This document shows positions 8,609 through 16,017 of a DNA stretch of 18,875 bases, one piece after another. How positions within the stretch are numbered: the stretch's first letter is position 1; every line of letters begins with the position of its first letter. Below the pieces are notes generated by a model. It searched no databases, was not told the DNA's origin, and saw only the letters and a list, made by a program, of their open reading frames with translations. Source of the stretch: Promethearchaeota archaeon (GTDB lineage Archaea; Asgardarchaeota; Odinarchaeia; Odinarchaeales; JBHLKK01); the NCBI GenBank assembly GCA_048939465.1, contig JBHLPL010000031.1, positions 1 to 18,875 of the forward strand, read 5' to 3'. Position numbers and translations under genes: made by a program.

Positions 8609-9169
8609 ATGCCTCATGTATTTGACTTCGAGCATGTTGAAATCCTTGAGTCCGATGAAAGAAAAAGCATCCAACCCCCTGATCCCCTAGTAGACTTGAT
8701 TCTTAAGATCTTCCCTAGAGGAAGAAGAAATGTCTCGTGCGAAATTGGTCCCGGTGCTGGTCACTTCACCTTTTCCTTGGCCAGGTTATTCGACAGGGTT
8801 TACGTCATTGAAGTAAACGAGGAGATGATGAATTATCTAAGAAAGAAGACAGAAAAGGCGAACATCACAAACATCCACTTCATACTCTCAGCTTCACCTC
8901 CCCCAATGGCTGAAAGAGTAAACTTGGCTTTGTTCTCGGATGTCCTCCATGAATTAGATAGACCAGAGGAGTATCTGGAGTGGGCTTTCGAGAATTGTGA
9001 AGTTGTGGTGGTAATTGATTGGAAGAAGAAGAATATGCCTCTAGGTCCTCCTGTTGAAGAGCGAGTAAGCGAGAGTAGAGCCAGGTCGATGCTTCTGAAC
9101 GCAGGTTTTTCAGTAGAGCCAAATAATGTTTATCCTTGTCATTACATGTGCGTCGGCAGGAAATCATAA
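8609..9169 (+). CDS. Class I SAM-dependent methyltransferase (short MxH.FD-type)
   Basis: MPHVFD N-terminus, EIGPGAGHFT motif I, YVIEVNEEM, VLHELD and VVIDWKK...GPP. Confidence 0.85.
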   Translation: MPHVFDFEHVEILESDERKSIQPPDPLVDLILKIFPRGRRNVSCEIGPGAGHFTFSLARLFDRVYVIEVNEEMMNYLRKKTEKANITNIHFILSASPPPMAERVNLALFSDVLHELDRPEEYLEWAFENCEVVVVIDWKKKNMPLGPPVEERVSESRARSMLLNAGFSVEPNNVYPCHYMCVGRKS

Positions 9170-9282
9170 ATGTCTGTGGAAAAGTTGGTATTTGTAACCT
9201 TAGATTTTATAATTAGTGGCAATAATTCAGCCCTCTAGTACAAAATCTGCTATGTCTGCATTCGAAATATGATAATAAGTCA

Positions 9283-9290
9283 TTTATATA
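9283..9290 (+). promoter_or_regulatory. TATA box upstream of the disulfide reductase/cupin operon
   Basis: TTTATATA in an AT-rich intergenic region. GGAGG SD at 9356-9360. Confidence 0.55.
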
Positions 9291-9366
9291 TTAATAATAT
9301 CAATTACATTAACGTTCCATAGCGCCTTTGGTTAAGACCCGGTAAGATTCGGTTTGGAGGGATTTG

Positions 9367-10788
9367 ATGAACTTGGTTATAATAGGCGGTGGAGCCGCCG
9401 GAAGTCAAGCGGCACTGGAGGCTAAGAAAATAGACAGAAGCGTAGAAGTAACAGTTGTTGAAAGGCAGAAAGTTCCTCAATACTCTCTGTGCGGATTACC
9501 GTATGCACTAAGCGGAGAAATCCCCTCATTCGATGACCTTGTGATCTTCCCTTTCTCGTTTTACCAAAACAGGGGGATCGACTTAAGGTTGGATACTGTC
9601 GCTTCAGCGATAGCCCCGAAGCGCAAAACTATTACTTTGGGGAGCGGAGAAGAGATTCCTTATGATTCCCTTATTATGGCAACAGGGGCAAGTTCTAAGA
9701 CTTTGGGGATTAAGGGACTTGATAAGAAAGGAGTATTCTACTTCAGAATGATTGAAGACGGATGGAAGATTTCTGAATATGCCAAGAAGTGTAAACGGGC
9801 AATCGTAGTCGGGTTAGGCTTAGTTGCTTTAGAGGCGGCAGTAGCTCTCAAGAAAATCGGACTGGACGTCACGGTAGTGGGCAGAAGACCAGCTCCGATG
9901 AGAAGACTTATCGACAGAGATATGGGAAAGCTGATCATCGACCATCTTAGAGATCGAGGGGTAGTTTTTCTGCTGGAACATGTTGTGGAAGAGGTAATCG
10001 GCGAAGATGAAGTTAAAGGTGTGGTTACTCGGGGATGGAAAGAAGGCAAAACTTCAGACGAGACTGGATCTCTCAAGACCGATATGGTAATAATTGCTTG
10101 TGGCATAAGGCCAAACACTGAAATTGCCCAAAAAGCGGGTATAAAAACCACGCCTGATGGAATCATAGTGGATAAGTATCTCGAAACAAACGTAAAAGGA
10201 ATATACGCGGCGGGCGATTGCGCTTTAGTAAGCGATTTTGTGACTGGAAAGAACATCCCTTCTGACCTGGGAACCACCGCCGTAAGAGCAGGAATAGCTG
10301 CAGGAATCAATGCGTTAGGAGGGAGGCATCCATTCAAGCCTGTGCTGAATGTAGCGATTACTGAATTATTCGATCTCGTAGTCGGATCCCTGGGGCTAAA
10401 CAAAGCAAAAGCTACACAAAACAATCTCGAATTTGTGGAAGCTAAGGTAAAGGCGGGTTCTAGAGCCGAGTACTATCCTGGTGGAAAGGAGATAGTTATC
10501 AAACTACTGAGCGAATTGGGTGGCAGGATAATAGGAGGCCAGATTATTGGTGAAGAAGGGGTATTTTCAAGAATTATGGCTCTGGCTTTTGGAGTCCAGC
10601 ATGGGATGAGTATAGATGATTTGGCGCATTCAGAGAATTGCTATACCCCGCCATTGTCTCCTGTAATAGACCCGCTGCAAATAGCAGCACGAGTGACAAT
10701 CAAAAAGATTGAAAGAATTGAGAGAAAAGAGAGAATCGCTCCGAAGCAAGCAGTAGCCGAAGGAAATCATGTCGGCAAAAAGACTTAA
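9367..10788 (+). CDS. CoA-disulfide reductase / NADH oxidase (peroxidase) family flavoprotein
   Basis: IIGGGAAG FAD motif, single redox Cys42 in YSLCGLPY, ATG, IYAAGDCA, and C-terminal dimerisation domain with YTPPLSPVIDP. Confidence 0.9.
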   Translation: MNLVIIGGGAAGSQAALEAKKIDRSVEVTVVERQKVPQYSLCGLPYALSGEIPSFDDLVIFPFSFYQNRGIDLRLDTVASAIAPKRKTITLGSGEEIPYDSLIMATGASSKTLGIKGLDKKGVFYFRMIEDGWKISEYAKKCKRAIVVGLGLVALEAAVALKKIGLDVTVVGRRPAPMRRLIDRDMGKLIIDHLRDRGVVFLLEHVVEEVIGEDEVKGVVTRGWKEGKTSDETGSLKTDMVIIACGIRPNTEIAQKAGIKTTPDGIIVDKYLETNVKGIYAAGDCALVSDFVTGKNIPSDLGTTAVRAGIAAGINALGGRHPFKPVLNVAITELFDLVVGSLGLNKAKATQNNLEFVEAKVKAGSRAEYYPGGKEIVIKLLSELGGRIIGGQIIGEEGVFSRIMALAFGVQHGMSIDDLAHSENCYTPPLSPVIDPLQIAARVTIKKIERIERKERIAPKQAVAEGNHVGKKT

Positions 10789-10837
10789 GTTACTAGAACT
10801 ATATACTGGTTGTGTCACCAGGCTGAGGGGGTTGGGG

Positions 10838-11152
10838 ATGTCTCGAAAGAAGGAAGTTTTGAGGAATTCAATAGAGTACCAGAAAGACTCCATCGTATCC
10901 AAGACATTGATAGAAAAGATAGAAGGTTCAGTGACGTTGTTTTCGTTTGACGCCGGTCAAAGCCTTAAGGAGCACACTACGCCTTACGATGCGCTGGCAT
11001 ATCTTATAGAAGGAGAAGGCACCTTCATAATCGAGGGGGAAGAGCACATTTTAAAAGAAGGTGAACTGATAATAATGCCGCCTAACATACCTCATTCCAT
11101 AGATGCAATAAAGAAGCTCAAATTGATGCTCGTAATGATAAAATCGGCTTAA
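10838..11152 (+). CDS. Cupin-2 domain protein
   Basis: FDAGQSLKEHTTP, YLIEGEG and MPPNIPHSI cupin motifs. ATG 10838 after a G-rich SD is preferred over 10769. Confidence 0.9.
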   Translation: MSRKKEVLRNSIEYQKDSIVSKTLIEKIEGSVTLFSFDAGQSLKEHTTPYDALAYLIEGEGTFIIEGEEHILKEGELIIMPPNIPHSIDAIKKLKLMLVMIKSA

Positions 11153-11228
11153 ACGCTCTGGTCAACTTGGACTTCTTCATTCTTTCTCAATTGGTTCACG
11201 GCTTGTCATAATATCCCTCCAAGTTCTG

Positions 11229-11256
11229 TCCTTAACTAGATTATTTTTGTTAAGGA
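11229..11256. promoter_or_regulatory. Perfect 8-bp inverted repeat (terminator hairpin or operator)
   Basis: TCCTTAAC-N12-GTTAAGGA between the cupin and nitroreductase genes. Confidence 0.5.
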
Positions 11257-11360
11257 TTTGATTTCATCAACGCCGTCGTTTAACTGGAAACTTTTTTAAT
11301 GGTTAGTCTTATTTATGATATCTCATCTTATCAAGGGTCGCTGAAAGGAGAGCAAGACCT

Positions 11361-12116
11361 ATGGACGCAGGCAGACAGTTCCTCAAAACATACATTTACG
11401 AGAATCTTTTCTACTCCGGGAAGAAATTTCAAACCGATCAACTGGCAGGTATTCCACATCCACCGCTGCAGAAAGACTATCCCGAGAGAGCTGTACTCGT
11501 GGATCTGGTGGCTCCTGAGAACCTGAAGATTGGCAAGATGCCTCTTATCGAAGCAATTAGGAAAAGAAGAAGCCACAGAGAATACACTGATATCCCTTTG
11601 TCCCTTGAGGAGCTTTCATTCTTGGTTTGGGCAGCACAAGGAGTACATGAAGTTTGGCGACAAGGTATTGCAACGAGAAGAACAGTCCCATCTGGCGGTT
11701 CACGCCATCCTTTCGAGACCTACATAGCTGCGATTAATGTAGAGGGGCTAGAGTCCGGCCTTTATAGGTATTTGCCTCTAGAACATAAACTCTGTCTTAT
11801 ATCGGCAGATGAGAGTCTCCCGGAACGGCTAGCTGCTGGATGTATGGGACAGAGATTTGTGGCCACAAGTGCAGCTACTTTCATATGGACAGCTATTCCA
11901 TATAGAACCGAGTGGAGATACGGAAAAGCCTCCCACAAGATTATAGCAATTGATGCAGGGCACATGTGCCAAAATCTCTATCTCGCGTGTGAGTCCATCA
12001 ACGCCGGAACATGTGCCATCGGGGCTTATTTTCAGGACAAGATGGACGGCCTGCTAGGTGTTGATGGAAAAGAAGAGTTTACCATCTACATTGCCCCCGT
12101 TGGAAAGATTAAGTAG
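11361..12116 (+). CDS. SagB/ThcOx-family dehydrogenase (nitroreductase fold)
   Basis: AIRKRRSHREY, LSLEELSFLVWAAQG, RRTVPSGGSRHPFETY, IDAGHMCQNLYL and CAIGAY. AGGAG SD. Confidence 0.9.
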   Translation: MDAGRQFLKTYIYENLFYSGKKFQTDQLAGIPHPPLQKDYPERAVLVDLVAPENLKIGKMPLIEAIRKRRSHREYTDIPLSLEELSFLVWAAQGVHEVWRQGIATRRTVPSGGSRHPFETYIAAINVEGLESGLYRYLPLEHKLCLISADESLPERLAAGCMGQRFVATSAATFIWTAIPYRTEWRYGKASHKIIAIDAGHMCQNLYLACESINAGTCAIGAYFQDKMDGLLGVDGKEEFTIYIAPVGKIK

Positions 12117-12222
12117 GTCGGATTGTCCAGTCTCTAGCGTTCATCTGTGAGCAGAAAGCATCTGCTGTTATTGATAAGAAATGACATCTCATGCAGATTC
12201 AAACCTAAGGAGTGGGACTATA

Positions 12223-12846
12223 TTGTCAAAAAAAGACCAATCACATAACCCGCATCGAATATGCACTTGGAAATCTGTTTCCGAGTGCAAGGATTGTTCC
12301 CTTGACTTTCAGCTGAAATGCAGGTTCAATTCAAGAGATCTACTCCTCTTTGCATGTCGCTTCCTTTTATTCTTGATACCTGCTCTCGCGGGATTGATCT
12401 TGAGTGGCTATGCTTGGTACATTTTGGGTTGGATTGTCTTTTCGATAGCCTTTTTTGGATTCTGGGAAATTCGTATCCTTTGCAGCCATTGTCCCTTTTA
12501 TGCTGAAAAGGGATTCTTTTTACACTGTATCGCTAATTATGGCTGCCCTAAGTTCTGGGAATACCACCCTGAGCCGATAAGCAGGTCAGAGAAGATCCAA
12601 CTTGTGGCGGGATTCATCATAATGTGCGGTTATCCTTTCCCGTTTCTGATACTAGGCCGCCAGTTTATCCTATCTATTCTCACCGTATTTGGCCTAGGGA
12701 TTTTTTGGGGTGCTCTGCTGAAATTCACCTGTTCTAAGTGCGTCAATTTTTCTTGTCTTTTGAACCGAGTTAGCAAAGAAACAGTTGATGCATATCTCGA
12801 GCGCAATCCTGTAATGAAAGAGGCTTGGGAGAAAAAGCCTCGATAG
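12223..12846 (+). CDS. Cys-rich integral membrane protein (about 4 TM), unknown function
   Basis: 13 Cys in clusters separated by two hydrophobic hairpins. TTG 12223 has a GGAGTGG SD; ATG 12181 is an alternative start. Confidence 0.8.
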   Translation: MSKKDQSHNPHRICTWKSVSECKDCSLDFQLKCRFNSRDLLLFACRFLLFLIPALAGLILSGYAWYILGWIVFSIAFFGFWEIRILCSHCPFYAEKGFFLHCIANYGCPKFWEYHPEPISRSEKIQLVAGFIIMCGYPFPFLILGRQFILSILTVFGLGIFWGALLKFTCSKCVNFSCLLNRVSKETVDAYLERNPVMKEAWEKKPR

Positions 12847-12867
12847 TTGACTGAATCAATCTGACAA

Positions 12868-12911
12868 AGAAGCCCTCCGACTTCCGATACCCATTCTTCC
12901 GAGGGGCTTCT
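12868..12911 (+). terminator. Imperfect GC-rich hairpin downstream of the Cys-rich membrane gene
   Basis: AGAAGCCCTC ... GAGGGGCTTCT (10 bp with a 1-nt bulge, long loop). Confidence 0.35.
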
Positions 12912-13008
12912 GCAATTGCCCCGCCAGTTTCTTATCCGCCTTCTATTCGCAAAGGATAAATAAGGCTTGATCATTCTTCATCAAAGAGTCGAGTGAGGTG
13001 TATCGTGA

Positions 13009-13296
13009 ATGCCGGAAAGAATGTGCAATCTGAGGAAACACATCGACAGAGCTATTCAGGAATATAACAAATATCGAGGTTTTGAGGCTAACGCCAAAAT
13101 TGTGAGATACCACACGAATACGCTAATCGTTGACTTCAAGGGAACATATTGTGGAACCTGTGGGCTTCATGATTATTTTGAGGATCTGATTTACGAATTG
13201 AAGGACCTCATTAATGTAGATATTAGGATTGAGGATTCTGAACAGAAGGACGAGGACACTTTCAGGGTGAAATACATCATAGTGGACTACCCCTAA
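13009..13296 (+). CDS. Small archaeal CxxC protein, NifU C-terminal-like
   Basis: GAGGTG SD. AIQEYNKY...IVDFKGTYCGTCG..DYFED resembles the NifU-C G.C..C segment. 95 aa. Confidence 0.65.
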   Translation: MPERMCNLRKHIDRAIQEYNKYRGFEANAKIVRYHTNTLIVDFKGTYCGTCGLHDYFEDLIYELKDLINVDIRIEDSEQKDEDTFRVKYIIVDYP

Positions 13297-13326
13297 CTTT
13301 CATGAGGTGCTTCCCTCCTCTCTGTC

Positions 13327-13347
13327 TAACTGAGCAAACCTCAGTTA
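13327..13347. terminator. Perfect hairpin between convergent genes
   Basis: TAACTGAG-CAAAC-CTCAGTTA. A minus-strand oligo-T tract also follows the ferredoxin stop (13410-13432). Confidence 0.5.
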
Positions 13348-13432
13348 CCAGGAAGTTGCTTAAGTACAACGCAATTCATCTCGACCCTCCCGGATGGAGA
13401 GTCTTCTTACGAAAGAATATGAAAAAAGAAGA

Positions 13433-13726
13433 TTAGCTGTGTTTGAACGCTATCCCTGTCCCCCCTTCAGGATAGTTCCATTCTATTGCGTCTACTGGGC
13501 AAACATGATAACATAAGCCTACTTCGAGACACACTTCTATCCCCTTCCACACGGCCTTTCCACTTTCCATCTCAAAGGAACCACTTGGACAAAACCTTAC
13601 GCACAGTTCACAGCCGTTACACTTATCTGGATCGACTCTAATGAACTCTTTCTTTCCAGGGACGATTTCTGTCAATCCTTTAATCTTTTTTCTTAGATTG
13701 GTCCCGCAAAATTCATCTTCAGACAC
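13433..13726 (-). CDS. FixX-like dicluster ferredoxin
   Basis: CNGCELCVRFCP, CLEVGLCYHVCP and FixX-type C-terminus WNYPEGGTGI. GTG start, with a GAGGTGA SD overlapping the upstream stop. Confidence 0.88.
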   Translation of the reverse strand: MSEDEFCGTNLRKKIKGLTEIVPGKKEFIRVDPDKCNGCELCVRFCPSGSFEMESGKAVWKGIEVCLEVGLCYHVCPVDAIEWNYPEGGTGIAFKHS

Positions 13727-13730
13727 AATA

Positions 13731-15029
13731 TCACCTCTTTGGCATTAAACTCAAGAATAGATCTACAAGTGGCTTAGATACCCAATGGATGGCTCTTGCG
13801 ATTTTCGGCAGAGTCGGCAATAGTTGTGCAGAGAAGAATCTCGCCAGGTAGAGCGGTCCTCCAAATACTGCTTTCGGAAATCCCATGAGAAGGCGTCCCC
13901 AGGTCTCTAACCCGACTTCCTCATAGAACCATTTCGTAAATTCCAGCATCTCTTTTGATGCGCCCTGAACCGGACCGACCGGTTCTGCCTCCTTGAGCCA
14001 TTTGTCTTCGTAGGCTTTGAGATTGCTTGCAGACACATCTCCAGAGGAAATAGCATCCGTTGCCACATCAACAGCCAGCATCGCTGTTCTATAGGCTCCC
14101 ATAATACCACCACCGTGAACTGGACTGACGAATCCTGCTGCATCACCACATGCCATGCACCCATCTGTGTAAGTCTTTACTCCAGGACGCACAACACCTC
14201 CCATAGGTATCAGGTGAGATGTCCTGTTTCTCCTTTGGGCACCCTTGAGGTACGGTTTTATTGCCGGATGTGTCATGAACTTGTCTAGATAGTATTCGGG
14301 GTTATGTACGATATCTGAAGGTATCACGCCTATCGCAACTGAGATGCTTTCCTTATTGGGGAATATCCAGGCATAAGATCCTTCGCCCGCTGACCATTCG
14401 GGTGAGAACCAGAACTGAAAGCAGACCCTCCCGTCTTCTTGACCACCGAATCTATCCTCAATTTTCTCAGGAGACAACGCATAATCATATTTGACCGCGG
14501 CCGCTATCTCGTGGGTTCTCCACTTACCCCTCATCCCTGCTCTTCTGGCAATAATAGAGTTGACGCCATCACATCCCAATGTTATTGGAGCTCCTATTCT
14601 TTCGCCCTTATCTGTTACGACACCTTTAACTACGCCGTTTTCATCTTTGACCACATCTGCAACAAGAGTCGAAGTCTTTAGCTCCGCTCCTGCCTCGACT
14701 GCATTCTGAGCAACCCACTTGTCCCAGTCGTTCCGGTAAACATCCAAGAATTGATGCCTTCCTTTCAGAGGGAATCGTACTAAGCCTACCTCATCGTCAA
14801 AAATGAAACCAAAATCAGCACCCCAAATCTCTCGTTGAATTGGGCCCTCTCTCATCCAGCCCCAGAGTTCTTTTAAGAAAAAGACACTTGATCCCGATGT
14901 ATTCTTGTCACCCGGGCTTTTTGCCCTCTCCAACATTAGAACCTTCAAACCTTTCTCGGCAGCTGTTTTCCCGGCCATGGCACCTGCCGGGCCACTTCCC
15001 ACAACAATTAGGTCATACTCCTTGGCCAT
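13731..15029 (-). CDS. Geranylgeranyl reductase / FixC-family FAD-dependent oxidoreductase
   Basis: YDLIVVGSGPAG, GCDGVNS, GGR-type YAWIFP and GDAAGFVSPVHGGGI. ATG 15029 (MAKEYDL). Confidence 0.88.
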   Translation of the reverse strand: MAKEYDLIVVGSGPAGAMAGKTAAEKGLKVLMLERAKSPGDKNTSGSSVFFLKELWGWMREGPIQREIWGADFGFIFDDEVGLVRFPLKGRHQFLDVYRNDWDKWVAQNAVEAGAELKTSTLVADVVKDENGVVKGVVTDKGERIGAPITLGCDGVNSIIARRAGMRGKWRTHEIAAAVKYDYALSPEKIEDRFGGQEDGRVCFQFWFSPEWSAGEGSYAWIFPNKESISVAIGVIPSDIVHNPEYYLDKFMTHPAIKPYLKGAQRRNRTSHLIPMGGVVRPGVKTYTDGCMACGDAAGFVSPVHGGGIMGAYRTAMLAVDVATDAISSGDVSASNLKAYEDKWLKEAEPVGPVQGASKEMLEFTKWFYEEVGLETWGRLLMGFPKAVFGGPLYLARFFSAQLLPTLPKIARAIHWVSKPLVDLFLSLMPKR

Positions 15030-15240
15030 AGTGTTCAACCCGTCGGTTTTGGCCAACACTATTCTAGTCTCTTAGATAAAAGAATTTCCATCTGCCTTCT
15101 TTCTGTTCTTTTGTGTCTGCCTCTCTTTCGTCTCTTGGCCCCTTGTCTTCCTCTCAGCTTCTCCGAAACCCGAGCTAGGAAGTGTACGTAAGGCCGGCAG
15201 AAGTCAAAACTCCGTCGAAATGTTGCATTTGATACTTCTT

Positions 15241-15290
15241 CCCCCTTTTTTTTCCCCCGCCCCCCCTTTTTTTTACCCCCCCAAAACCCC
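15241..15290. repeat. Homopolymer mosaic C5 T8 C5 G C7 T8 A C7 A4 C4
   Basis: Read directly from the sequence. It may be an assembly or sequencing artefact. Confidence 0.8.
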
Positions 15291-15413
15291 ATACGAGCCC
15301 TCTCATCTTTCACCTCCAGTCCCTTCTCAACCGACTCGCCAACCCTTGCCATCACAGCTTCCCACGCCTCCCAAAATTCGAAAGGTTTTTCTTCGGCAGT
15401 TCCCTAGCTCACC

Positions 15414-15950
15414 ATGAGGGGTGTATCGAAAACGAAAAAAGAGGGCTCTCGCAAAGTTTTATACCACGAGTGGGTTCCTCTCCCGACTGCCTTAAAAATC
15501 ATTGCAAGCTTTCTCGTATTACTTACAATCGTTCTTATGGGCATTCTCACGCTTTTATACCAATTCACAGACTATTCCTCGCTAATCTTTGTCTCACTCT
15601 TCTCTGCACCTCTTCTCTTTTTGCTCTTCATGATTTTGAATTACCGTGGGATAGACATCAAAATAACCCCCGACGAGGTTATAGTTCGCTACGGTGTTAT
15701 TAACAGGAAGCGTATTCACAAAGACGATATTACCGGCTGCGAGACCACTCGTACGCCATTCAGAAGGTATGGCGGCATAGGTATAAGATACGGTTTGGAT
15801 GGCTCTTGGGCTTATACGACCAGCCTCGGCCCTGCGGTGAGGATATCCTTTATAAGAGGTAGGCCTTTTGTTTTCTCATCAAAGCATCCTGAGAAGATCT
15901 GTAACATTATTAGAGAAATAACTGACCAGAAAATTGCTCCGTCGGCGTAA
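15414..15950 (+). CDS. Two-TM membrane protein with C-terminal bacterial-PH-like domain (DUF3093-like YGG.GIR family)
   Basis: Hydrophobic hairpin (residues ~25-75), then IKITPDEVIVRYG, YGGIGIRYG and FSSKHPEKI. Confidence 0.7.
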   Translation: MRGVSKTKKEGSRKVLYHEWVPLPTALKIIASFLVLLTIVLMGILTLLYQFTDYSSLIFVSLFSAPLLFLLFMILNYRGIDIKITPDEVIVRYGVINRKRIHKDDITGCETTRTPFRRYGGIGIRYGLDGSWAYTTSLGPAVRISFIRGRPFVFSSKHPEKICNIIREITDQKIAPSA

Positions 15951-16017
15951 CCCTTTAACAGCGTCTGCGGCCGACAAGATACTGTTACCAACGTCTTATT
16001 GAAGCAGAGTGGCAGGA

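Noticed and set aside
9738-10424. Long antisense and nested ORFs (e.g. 9738..10424, 7482..7940, 1915..2253, 18058..18540)
   Set aside because: They are shadows of well-supported genes on the opposite strand or frame and carry no motifs of their own.
11258-11270. FNR box
   Set aside because: The spacer is 3 nt rather than the 4 nt of TTGAT-N4-ATCAA and the host is archaeal. It is kept only as a generic palindrome.
11361-12116. SagB-like enzyme as part of a thiazole/oxazole RiPP cluster
   Set aside because: No YcaO, E1-like protein or precursor peptide is in the window, and stand-alone SagB-type nitroreductases are common.
15059-15355. 98-aa basic ORF as given in the ORF track
   Set aside because: Its frame depends on the suspect homopolymer lengths, the strong SD points to a different frame, and its 3' part contains the likely GGR promoter (GGAAATTC-TTTTATCT on the minus strand).
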